From Callorhinchus milii (lineage: Eukaryota), in NCBI RefSeq assembly GCF_018977255.1, contig NW_024705435.1:1-44747 (forward strand): a stretch of DNA of 44,747 bases, in the 5' to 3' direction. Positions 34,526-44,747 of this stretch are shown piece after piece (the stretch's first letter is position 1; each line of letters starts with the position of its first letter). The notes below the pieces were generated by a model. That model made no database searches, was not told the origin of the DNA, and was given only the letters and a program-made list of their open reading frames with translations. Position numbers and translations under genes: made by a program.

Positions 34526-36663
34526 AACTAATGCCCCGGGTCGTGCTTGCAAAATGTAGACTATTCTGGCCTCTTGAATTCTCAGCTCGTTAGCCAAAAC
34601 AGTCTGGTAAACTAAAACACATTGCGTGATTTGAACATTGCTGCCTCATTTCGCGCTCGTGTAAAATATGTAAAGGGACGCAACAGCAGGGCCCAGTGGG
34701 AGCAGCAATGGCTGATTCGTGCAGCTCAGCTGGTCACCGCATGCCTCGTTCTTCCGTCTCTTTTCCTCAAAAGGCTTTAACAAAACAAACCGACGAATCG
34801 CTCGGTCATCAGAGACGCAGCGGGTCAGGAATCAAGCACAGGCGCTTCTTGTTGTGAAGCGCGTGTAGGACGACTGTGCCACCCCTCCGCCCTCCCAATC
34901 CCTAATTGTGGTGAAATGGTCTCTCCGCACACACACATCCGCAAACACTATGATTAAACACACGATCATTCTCCTCTCCAGAGCAGGTAAGAGTCCCTCT
35001 GGATGCATTGTTCTCGTTCTGCCGTGGGACGTCTGCAGCCAAGGAAGTGTGCGCGCGTGTCGAGGTAGTGGTGTGCGTGGGTTGCGTGTCTTGCTCCGAG
35101 TGTCATTCAGCAGCCTACGTGCCTCTCTCCACGTCGCAGCAGTGGGAAGCGAGACCATGGTCGTGCTTTTGGCGCATGGTTCCAGCTCTTACCACCCAAC
35201 CGACCGCCCGTACCAAACTGCGCTAATCGGAGGTGCGGGGGAGGGACGACACACTTAACACACAAAAAACTGTTCCGAAGAAATGAGTTTATGAAGCTGC
35301 TTTATCTAGACTAGTGGCACACCAGTTACGTGTTCTCAACAGCGCATTTGGAGTAAGTTTTTGCTGTTTTTTCCTGGATTTTTCTGTTTGCGCATAGTCA
35401 CTTTAAGATGTTTTCTTGTTCATGTTTTGTTTTTTTGTTTGTTGCGGTTGCACCCGATCCTAGAGCCGAATGGCCCACAGGACTATACCAATAATTGAAA
35501 CTGAAAACGGAAACTGAAGTTAATGAGTTGAAAAGTACATTTTACAAGCAGTATCTTTGCGTGTTTTCATTGGCAATTGAGTTGTGCTCATCAGCTCACT
35601 CCAGAGTGCTTGAGTTGAGATGCCGCTTTAATCAAGAGACGACTGAAAATCCGGAATTGAACACAAGACGACCTCAGCGCTGCTCGGCTCAGTGTCTCGA
35701 CAAACATCATATTTTCAAGACAGACTCTTGAAAAAAATCCACATATTAATTTTAGTCAAAACACGGTGGATTGAAAAAGGTTGGGGCACCTACACATTAG
35801 CCCACCAGCACAAGCGAGTTGGACAGGACTACTGCTGCATAAAGACATGTGACCAAAGTTATAAACACCCTGACTTTAAGTTGAACTTGGATGGATTCCA
35901 TTTCGTGACAAGTACACCAACCGAGGCCTTGAATCCATCACGCAGGATGATATGAACTTTAAAAACACACATTTTACGTGTTGCTCACACCATGGTTGAC
36001 TCATGATATTACAATTTTGGCTGTTAGCCAATTTCCTTGTGAGCAAACCACATGACAGCCATTCTATAAACATCAAAACACACGCGCATCGTAGGGTGCA
36101 ATTTATTTCTCGGGTGACTGCCGGCTTCACTAAAAGGGAGCCCTATAGCGCTGCTCTACACGGTACATTGGCCTACTCTTCCACACTGGTCAAACGTCTT
36201 GGACAGGGTGGGAGTACCCACACCATCGCCCACCGCTGGGTAGACAGAGGTGGGGATTGAGTACAAAACACTTGCAACATTGTTTCAACTGCCGTGCTGG
36301 GGTGACCGACCGACCCGTGGGACACTTTGGATTGGCTGCAGGCCACCAATCAGAGTGCTCCCCTCCCTTGGCCAGGTTGGTTGTGATGCTCTCACGACTT
36401 GACCACATGACCGAGGAAGTGAACTTAACGTTGCATAAGATGGCATTTGGACGGCTTAAGCTTTAAATTGGCCTGTCAAAAGCTCATAAAAACCCTGATG
36501 CAACCATTGGAGGTGCTCCTCAAAGGTCGCTCCAAACACAATAACGTCATCTAAAAGATAAGGCCTCACTCCCATTGTACATCGGTAAGCACAAATTCCT
36601 TGAGCCACTGAAAGGCGACTGGAGCTGTCCGCAAGCACATTGGAAGACAGTTACATTCAGAGT

Positions 36664-36947
36664 ATTCTTAGGTGTTTTCGGTAAAGTCACGTAGGTAAAA
36701 CATCAAAATTAATCAAAAATAATAAAATAAAATAAAGATCACGACGTTTCGGAGGCAACACAAGTCTCCGTCATCAGGTGGGACAGTCACAGCCAGATCA
36801 GCTGCACCTGATGACGGAGACTTGTGTTGCCTCCGAAACGTCGTGATCTTTATTTTTTTTTATTAATTTTGATGTTTTACCTACGTGACTTTACCGAAAA
36901 CACCTAAGAATATGATTCCTTGCAGTCACGAAAGCTTCAAGTCTAGA
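36664..36947 (+). mobile_element. Fold-back Penelope-like insertion (family A) with inverted arms of about 115 bp and two mirror hammerhead motifs
   Basis: Near-perfect inverted repeat 36664-36780 / 36805-36911, tail tgcagtcacgaaagctt. 13-bp direct repeat ttacattcagagt at 36651-36663 and 36948-36960. Confidence 0.85.
36805..36845 (+). ncRNA. Minimal type I hammerhead ribozyme motif (mirror copy at 36740-36780, minus strand)
   Basis: cac-CTGATGA-c-ggag-acttgtgttgc-ctcc-GAAAC-GTC-gtg: stem I cac/gtg, intact core, stem II, and a loop-less palindromic stem III. Confidence 0.75.
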
Positions 36948-37766
36948 TTACATTCAGAGTGTCTGGAAGCCCGATTTGGGTCCACAAACAGCGTCAATCA
37001 GGTCGCGACAAAGCCCAGAGAGGAGATCTCGGGTGCTAAAAAAGTGGCAGAAGAAAAGGGCATCAATAAAGATGTCAGTGCGGAGAAGTGGGTACGCGTC
37101 GTCTACGCTAGCAACCGCGTTTCCCACACCTCCGATTAGCACGGTTGGCTACGTACGGTGCGATAGAAATATGTCAAGCCGACAGAAATGAACAACAAAA
37201 AGTGCATGGAGCCGTCAATATTTTTCATGAGCACTACAGGCGGGCCCCACGGACTCGCATCCAGCATCGGCTGAACATTCCGCTGGATGTGAGCTTTTTC
37301 CGTCCAACGAAGGCGGTATGAATTTTGCCGAAGAGGTTGCGCGTCCCCCTCGTGGTTCCGTCGTCTAGGCGTGACACGATGCCACCAGATGTAAAGGGCT
37401 GAGGAGCACGAGGTATAGCAACTAAACTTGAATTACACTTACGTACAAATGACCTCACTCATCACTTCCATTCCAAGCTCAAGCCTCGAGCCACAGGGCT
37501 TCCCTTCTTTAAAACGTCCCGCTTTCACCCCCCATTCGCGAGGTTTCCTCTCTTTCCATTGCATTCTCCTTGTCCTGACCAACCTGCAACCTGCCTTCGT
37601 TTCAAACACAAACCGGCCTCTCTCTCTCTCTCCCAGGGGCGTGCATCGCGAGACGGCTTTTGACAGAGGCTTGACTCCTACCCCTGGAATTCGACTGACC
37701 ACTCACGAGGCTCGCACACCAGCTGCTGCTGTGGTGTGCATGAAAGTTGCAACATCAGAACAAGCA

Positions 37767-38261
37767 TATTTATTTATTTATACGGTAGGAGGAATCCGAT
37801 GAGCTATAAAGCTCATTTTCACAGATGTCCAGTCGGGGCACGGGGTAAGAACGTTACAACAACAAACAGTACAACAACACGATAGGAGTGTAAAGTACAA
37901 GAAAGGTAAATAAATTACACAAACACAAACAAACACAACTAAACCATCCCCACCCTACCAGGCAAAGCCCACTGAGGCATTAACTGAGTTTTCAGAAGCG
38001 ACCTGGTCACAAATGATAGCTCAACAAAGTGGCTCATCGTTTGGACATTTATAGCACCAACATAAACTATATAATGTCAAGGCAGATTTCTAAATGTGGA
38101 GGAAAAACCGGAGGACCCGGAGAAAAACATCCGGGCGACTACGGGGAGAGAGAGAGAGACACGCAAACCCCACAGATACAGGCGTCAGGGTCGGGATCGA
38201 GTCCCCGACCTCCTGCATACCAGGCGAGCAAGATGACATCTCCTAGCCACCGTGGCGCCCC
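37767..38261 (-). mobile_element. V-SINE (tRNA head, V-domain, LINE-derived tail)
   Basis: Minus strand gggcgccacggtggctagg...gactcgatccc head. V-domain-like tgtggggtttgcgtgtctctc...ctccgggtcctccggtttttcctccaca. Tail ending (taaa)n. Confidence 0.8.
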
Positions 38262-38399
38262 TTTAATAAATAAATAAACGGTACAACTTTTAATTGCATC
38301 AACAATTCCAAAGCTTGGGCAAGGCAGTAAAACAGCAGCAGCAAAACCAGTCACCGGCCTCGCCAACACAACGCACTGTCCCTCAATAAAAACATTCAC

Positions 38400-38644
38400 T
38401 TTTCGATTTAAAGCTTTCGTGAGTGCAGGGATTCATCTTCTTGGTCCTTTCGGTAAAGTCACGTAGAATGGAAATAATAAAATAATAAAAATAAAACATA
38501 ATTAAATAATTCTCACGACGTTTCCACCTGAGGACGGCTACTTGCGTTGTGGCCGAAACGTCGTGAGAATTATTTTATTATGTTTTATTTTTATTATTTT
38601 ATTATTTCCATTCTACGTGACTTTACCGAAAGAACCAAGAAGAA
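38400..38644 (-). mobile_element. Fold-back Penelope-like insertion (family A)
   Basis: Inverted arms about 38437-38524 / 38555-38642, tail on the minus strand. 12-bp direct repeat aaaaacattcac at 38388-38399 and 38645-38656. Confidence 0.85.
38525..38565 (+). ncRNA. Minimal type I hammerhead ribozyme motif
   Basis: cac-CTGAGGA-c-ggcta-cttgcgttg-tggcc-GAAAC-GTC-gtg; stem II differs in sequence from the 36805 copy but still pairs. Confidence 0.75.
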
Positions 38645-39079
38645 AAAAACATTCACATTGCAATGTAACTCTCACCACTCAGTGCGTGCGTCTGGATTAA
38701 CGGACACGTGCCATCAATTTGAGCTTTGACAACGGCCCACGAGAGCGTACAGGGAGGGTTGGGGTTCCACTACACATCTATTGAATCATAACCGTTCACG
38801 CCGTCGGGAAGATTGTATATGACATTACCAAAGTGACAGATAGTCACTTCGTAAGCCCAAACTATATCGATATTAAGTAAATTACACACAATTCACAAAA
38901 GGTCCAACTTCATTACGAATACATCAAACATGTTAGATACATACACAACACACAAATAAGGACAAAGATCCCCGATAAAGTCTTCCAAATTGTGGGGCAA
39001 TTGCTATTACAGATGTCCTACTGGACAGATTTCCAGTATTTATAATATTATTTCTATGCTGAGTGTCTGCTGCCGTGTC

Positions 39080-39136
39080 ATGCACAGCGCTTTGAGACCC
39101 TTGATGAAAAGCGCTAGAAATCAAAGTTATTATTAC
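39080..39136 (+). repeat. L2-clade LINE/SINE 3' tail
   Basis: agcgctttgag-accctt-gatgaaaagcgct stem-loop followed by ttattatta. Confidence 0.6.
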
Positions 39137-39693
39137 TAGACATCTGGGAAAAAGAGCTTCATAGCTCATCGGATTCTTCCGGTATAAATAGATATTCTGA
39201 TTAACAAGTCCTCATTATTAAGACTTGCACAGATCTTGAAGGGCTGTTGTCTCCCCAGTGCTGGTGTTCCACACACACGCCACACTGAGTGACTCACTGC
39301 AGGCTGAGTGAACTTCAATGACACACACACGCATTCATGTTTGAATGTACAATACAATTTGCATACATGTCACCTAAATTCAACGCATATCAAGACCCCA
39401 TACGGCAGAATTCAAACAAAACAAAAACACAGCGGACGTTTGTTTTTATAGAGAGAGAAAAAAAGAGGCAGTGAGTGAGTCACGGGCAGAGTACAAACTC
39501 AGGTCCATCTTGAGGCTGGCACTTGAACACGGAGGGATTGACACTAAACGTTGACTACTACAGCGGCTATAAACCACTTGTAAATCACACCCAAAAGTAC
39601 AGTACACGAATATTTACGACGGTGATGATGATGGCAAAATAATAACAATTACAGTAGTACCCACTCACGAACATGACGTCAGCTCCTGTGTAA

Positions 39694-40893
39694 GTGTGTG
39701 TTGCTGTCACCCCACCTCTGTGTGTTGCTGTCACCCCACCTCTGTGTGTTGTTGTCACCCCACCTCTGTGTGTTGCTGTCACCCCACCTCTGTGTGTTGT
39801 TGTCACCCCACCTCTGTGTGTTGCTGTCACCCCACCTCTGTGTGTTGTTGTCACCCCACCTCTGTGTGTTGCTGTCACCCCACCTCTGTGTGTTGTTGTC
39901 ACACCACCTCTGTGTGTTGCTGTCACCCCACCTCTGTGTGTTGTTGTCACCCCACCTCTGTGTGTTGTTGTCACACCACCTCTGTGTGTTGCTGTCACCC
40001 CACCTCTGTGTGTTGTTGTCACCCCACCTCTGTGTGTTGTTGTCACACCACCTCTGTGTGTTGCTGTCACCCCACCTCTGTGTGTTGTTGTCACACCACC
40101 TCTGTGTGTTGTTGTCACACCACCTCTGTGTGTTGTTGTCACCCCACCTCTGTGTGTTGTTGTCACACCCACCTCTGTGTGTTGCTGTCACCCCACCTCT
40201 GTGTGTTGCTGTCACCCCACCTCTGTGTGTTGCTGTCACCCCACCTCTGTGTGTTGCTGTCACCCCACCTCTGTGTGTTGCTGTCACCCCACCTCTGTGT
40301 TTGTTGTCACCCCACCTCTGTGTGTTGCTGTCACCCCACCTCTGTGTGTTGTTGTCACCCCACCTCTGTGTGTTGTTGTCACCCCACCTCTGGTGTGTTG
40401 TCACCCCACCTCTGGTTGTCACCCCACCTCTGTGTGTTGCTGTCACCCCACCTCTGTGTGTTGTTGTCACCCCACCTCTGTGTGTTGTTGTCACCCCACC
40501 TCTGTGTGTTGCTGTCACCCCACCTCTGTGTGTTGTTTGTCACCCCACCTCTGTGTGTTGCTGTCACCCCACCCTGTGTGTTGTTGTCACCCCACCTCTG
40601 TGTGTTGTTGTCACACCACCTCTGTGTGTTGTTGTCACCCCACCTCTGTGTGTTGTTGTCACCCACCTCTGTGTGTTGTTGTCACCCCACCTCTGTGTGT
40701 TGTTGTCACCCCACCTCTGTGTGTTGTTGTCACCCCACCTCTGTGTGTTGTCTGTCACCCCACCTCTGTGTGTTGTTGTCACCCCACCTCTGTGTGTTGC
40801 TGTCACCCCACCTCTGTGTGTTGTTGTCACCCCACCTCTGTGTGTTGTTGTCACCCCACCTCTGTGTGTTGCTGTCACCCCACCTCTGTGTGT
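39694..40893. repeat. 24-bp minisatellite, about 50 copies
   Basis: (gtgtgttgYtgtcacMccacctct)n; accounts for the long repetitive ORFs here. Confidence 0.98.
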
Positions 40894-41126
40894 CGCGTGA
40901 TGGTCCTCACCTCTCTCGCTTCGTCTCTGCCCACGTTGGTGGTGGTAGCCGGGGCGGGGGGACAAGCCGCGCGTATTTGTGGACGTGAATCACACTTGGA
41001 CGGTCGTTAAACTTAAGGAAGTGGTGATGTGTGCTGTGTTTTTGTTGACAAGTGGCTGCGTGCTGTGCGAGACCCGAGAAGGCACCCAGAACAACGGCAC
41101 TGGTGCTCACTTTTGGATGAGTCAAC

Positions 41127-41901
41127 TTCTATAACACACACACCTCTATAACACACACACACCCCCTATAACACACACGCACACCTCTATAACACACACA
41201 CACCCTATAACACACACGCACACCTCTATAACACACACACCCCTATAACACACACCCAGCACACCTCTATAACACACACACACCCCCTATAACACAGACA
41301 CACATCCCCTATAACACACACGCACACCTATATAACACACACACACCCCACTCTATAACACACACACACCCTATAACACACACACCCTATAACACACACG
41401 CACACCTCTATAACACACACGCACACCCCCTATAACACACACGCACACTCTATAACACAGACCCTATAACAAACTCTATAACACACACACACCCTATAAC
41501 ACACACACCCAACACGCACACCTCTATAACACACACACACCCCTATAACACACACGCACACCCCCTATAACACACACGCACACCTCTAAACACACACGAC
41601 CCCTATAACACACACGCACATCATAACACACACACCCCTATAACACACACACACCTCTATAACACACACACACCCCTATAACCCCCACACACACACCCCT
41701 ATAACACCACCCCTTTAAACAACCCCCCAAAAAAAACGCTATACACACACACCCCCTATAACACACACACACACCCTATAACACACACGCACCGCTCTAT
41801 AACACACACGCACACTTATAACACACACACACCCTATAACACACACGCACACCTCTATAACACACACGCACACCTCTATAACACACACGCACACCTATAA
41901 C
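41127..41901. repeat. Low-complexity minisatellite of variable-length units (ctataacacacac...cc)n
   Basis: Dozens of ctataac(ac)n units about 18-26 bp long. Confidence 0.97.
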
Positions 41902-42596
41902 AAGAATGCCCTTTTAAATGTTAACTACGGGTACTAAGACCTAATATCTATGTACATATAAACAGTTCTGAGTGCATTACATAATCTTCATCGTTGTTTT
42001 ATAAGCCCTGGGAATCTGAAACGTTGGCATACTCACAGTGCAGCTTATGCGTATAAACAGGACACATACGACGGCCAACATTGTACAATATGCGAGGTAA
42101 CAAAAATGTATGTAGAACTTATTTTGCATTCTGACCACAAGCATTGCGGTTAATGCAGACAGGATTCCTTGTAAAAGGTTTCAGTTTGTGTTTTAACATC
42201 TTAACACCTGTTTAGTTGCCAGAAAAAAGAGGAAAAACCTTTAATCACCTTTTCTGTGTTTGACCTTTGGGCCAGGTAAAAGTGTATCCTGAAGTTTTCA
42301 AGGGTGCTGGATCCAAATATAAATTTCCTTCGTATTTTTGGAAGTGTCATGCTTAAGGACGAAGACCATTCCTGGTTAATCATAAAACGTATCCAGTAGC
42401 CATCAAGCAGGGCAATTGATTGAAATGTTAGCCTACTTGATTTATTTATGTTATAAGGTGATGCAGGTACATAATAAATCACGAACCCTATTGAACGGTT
42501 CAATTAAAACCACATTACAGGTCACCTACCCATTCACGTGAGCAAGCATTTGCTTAGATGCCCGGCCATGCAGATGCCGAGACATCCACACACGCA

Positions 42597-42942
42597 CAGT
42601 GCCGGATTATCCTCGTAGCAAAAGTAGCTACATATGTAGTAGCTACGGGCCCCGCATTTTCAAGGGCCACGCGCTAAATGCTTTCAAGCTATCAATTTTT
42701 CTGGTTCAGTCATTCTGCACTTGCTCTATTACTATAGTACTATACTGCCTTAAAATTTTATGAACGACTAGGTGTTTAAGGTTAGCCATTTGTAGTATTA
42801 TCTGGCTGTATAGCAAATGAAAAATACAATTACTTTACTATGCAAGTTAAAAATGTGTGTGTTTTAATATTTATGTTTTTATTTTATTTAGGGCCCATTT
42901 ATAACATATGCTACAGGCCCGCACTAGCTTAATCCGGCACTG
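42597..42942. mobile_element. hAT-type MITE
   Basis: Perfect 13-bp TIR CAGTGCCGGATTA / TAATCCGGCACTG; perfect 8-bp TSD cacacgca at 42589-42596 and 42943-42950. Confidence 0.92.
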
Positions 42943-44534
42943 CACACGCACATATATATTGTATATATGCTCTACACACATTCAGATACACATTAACGCG
43001 GACACTCCGATACGTAGGCATGCACCCACCCAGTTATTTAAACACACAGCTACTCAGATACTCAGACAATCATCCAGTCCACTAAGTCACACGGACACCC
43101 ACAACCTCAGACATCCAGACCTTGCAAACTCACATTGGTCTAACAAAAAGAGACATCCTGATCAGGACACACAGATAGCCATGTGTATGTGACACAGACG
43201 TAGACATTCAATCATTCAGGCACATAGATGGGTGCATGCCTCAGATACATACGCCCAACCACGCAGACACTCAGACACAAACACAGAGACTCCCACAGAC
43301 ACCAAAACACACAGACACCCAAAGACAGATACCCAGATGCAGACGCCCATACCCACACGGGCACGCATACAGACGCAGCCACCGAACATGCACTTAGTTT
43401 CCCAGACACAGGGCCACGCGGCTGTCGGGCTCAGGACACCGTCGTTTCGAGGGCTTGTTGGACCAGCTGCACTGGTTGCATAACACTCCCACGGCACTCT
43501 GGTCAAGACCAGGCCATTGTGTGCCAGTCGTGGACAGGTCACGTCCACACGAATCACTCGCTTTGAAGTCGTAACTCAGCCTTGTAAACCTGGTGCCCGA
43601 AGCTCCGTGTGGACTTGCGCCAGCTGTGTTTTGTTTCAGTCTGCGTCCTCTGTATAATCTGGTAAAATCAAGTAGAGATTCGTTCTCTCATTTTGGCCAC
43701 AGTGATCCGCGTGATCCGTTCGAACCACAAGGCCACTGCAGTAATTGTATGTTTACGTGAACAGCGGTCAAACGGGGGGATTTGACTTTGACGCAATGAT
43801 TCTGTGCCGCCAACTTTTGGGAATGGTGGAGCAGGATTTGAGTTGTCCAGTTTACCGCACGTTTTTCATCGAGTGCAGAATAATGGAGCTGTAATAGGGC
43901 TCGAACCGTAAGCTCCACGTGAGCTGGCTCAATGGCAAAAATATATTCTTATATTTTCAGGAACACAATATCCTCATGGGAATGTGAGATGGCCAGTTCA
44001 TGTTACACATACGACTCATAAATGCTTCTCATTTATCCATAAATACCCCCGTTGAGTGTTAAGAGTCGTTGTCCAATTCCTTCGAAGTAGAGTTTGGCTT
44101 GTGGAGGAAACCGGAGTACACAGAGACAAACCTGAGGAGGCAACATTTGAAGTTCCACACAGACTGGTTCCTCTGCTTCCAGCACCGAAACAACCTCTCA
44201 GCCTAGCGGACTTTGAGATTTCACACATTCATGGGATTCACTTACTCTTGCCTCCAAATCACCGTCCTCCAGAGCTGCACCACCACACCTGGCAAATCAC
44301 ACGCGGCACCACACAGGTGTTTCATAGAATACCTGCGCCCAAGGCGTTGCCACTGAGCCGACCGAAGGAACACGCTGGCACACTCATGGCCATGCGCGAG
44401 GCATCACATTCAACAAACACAGCTCACACGGATGTGACGCTCAGCCTTGACCCGAATGCGCGACTGCTTTGTGAACATCCCTCGCCAGCACTGCAGAGAG
44501 ATGAGCTCGCTGGTAAGGTCGAAAAGACAAAGAT

Positions 44535-44747
44535 TAAGATCCCCCGTGCAGCCTAAACAGACTGTGGGGCAAGTACCGTTAGCGAGCACCTATAAAGGCC
44601 GGCACGGCACACGAGGGGGTGGGTGGCCAACACCACGGTCGGTCGCCTTTGTCTCCCTAACGGCGATGTTTACACACCGCACTCATTTGAGGCTGAGTCG
44701 ACCTAGGGAGGCCCAGGATCGGTTCAGATAATCGTTACTCGTGTTGG
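44535..44747 (-). mobile_element. tRNA-derived SINE copy (runs off the window)
   Basis: Colinear with 30680-30877, including gcactcatttgaggctgagt.gacctagg.aggcccagga. Confidence 0.75.

Larger units (their letters stand above)
36130..37110 (-). mobile_element. Decayed Gypsy RT-RNase H fragment interrupted by the fold-back PLE insertion
   Basis: Minus strand 'DAYPLLRTDIFIDAL..FSTRDLLSG...KSGFQT' (37100-36960) continues past the insertion into 'YLLDDVIVFGATFEEHLQWL' (about 36560-36500). Confidence 0.8.

Noticed and set aside
39694..40893. CRISPR-like array
   Set aside because: Units are contiguous with no unique spacers; eukaryotic context and no cas genes.
39585..41010. Long 195-438 aa ORFs (CVVVTPPL / TTTHRGGV repeats)
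   Set aside because: Artifacts of a stop-free 24-bp minisatellite; open in most frames and shifted by indels.
43400..44556. Coding exons near the right end (166-aa plus ORF; minus acceptor near 43660)
   Set aside because: No homology recognised; the region includes SINE fragments and CA-rich low-complexity sequence.

Overview
Eukaryotic (vertebrate) genomic DNA that is repeat-rich and GC/CpG-rich; a lamprey-type genome is inferred from composition and a V-SINE, not proven. The one recognisable host gene is a minus-strand CLHC1 orthologue (clathrin heavy chain linker domain-containing 1). Four exons (10597-10410, 9318-9179, 8963-8762, 7738-7620) splice GT-AG in consistent phase. A fifth (6392-6312) needs a 1-nt correction, and a probable first coding exon lies at 15231-15048. 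The rest of the gene lies left of the window. The remaining sequence is mostly transposon-derived: three decayed Ty3/Gypsy elements (one with an LTR and a perfect tRNA-Leu PBS), two hAT non-autonomous elements with 8-bp TSDs, tRNA-derived SINEs, LINE remnants and minisatellites. The most interesting element class is a set of short fold-back insertions with 9-13 bp target duplications and a shared GTCRCGAAAGCYT tail motif. Two of them carry intact minimal hammerhead ribozyme cores with covarying stem II, consistent with Penelope-like retroelement pseudo-LTRs. A CpG island at about 27-28.5 kb appears to start an unidentified minus-strand spliced transcript. Most ORFs in the supplied track are spurious.
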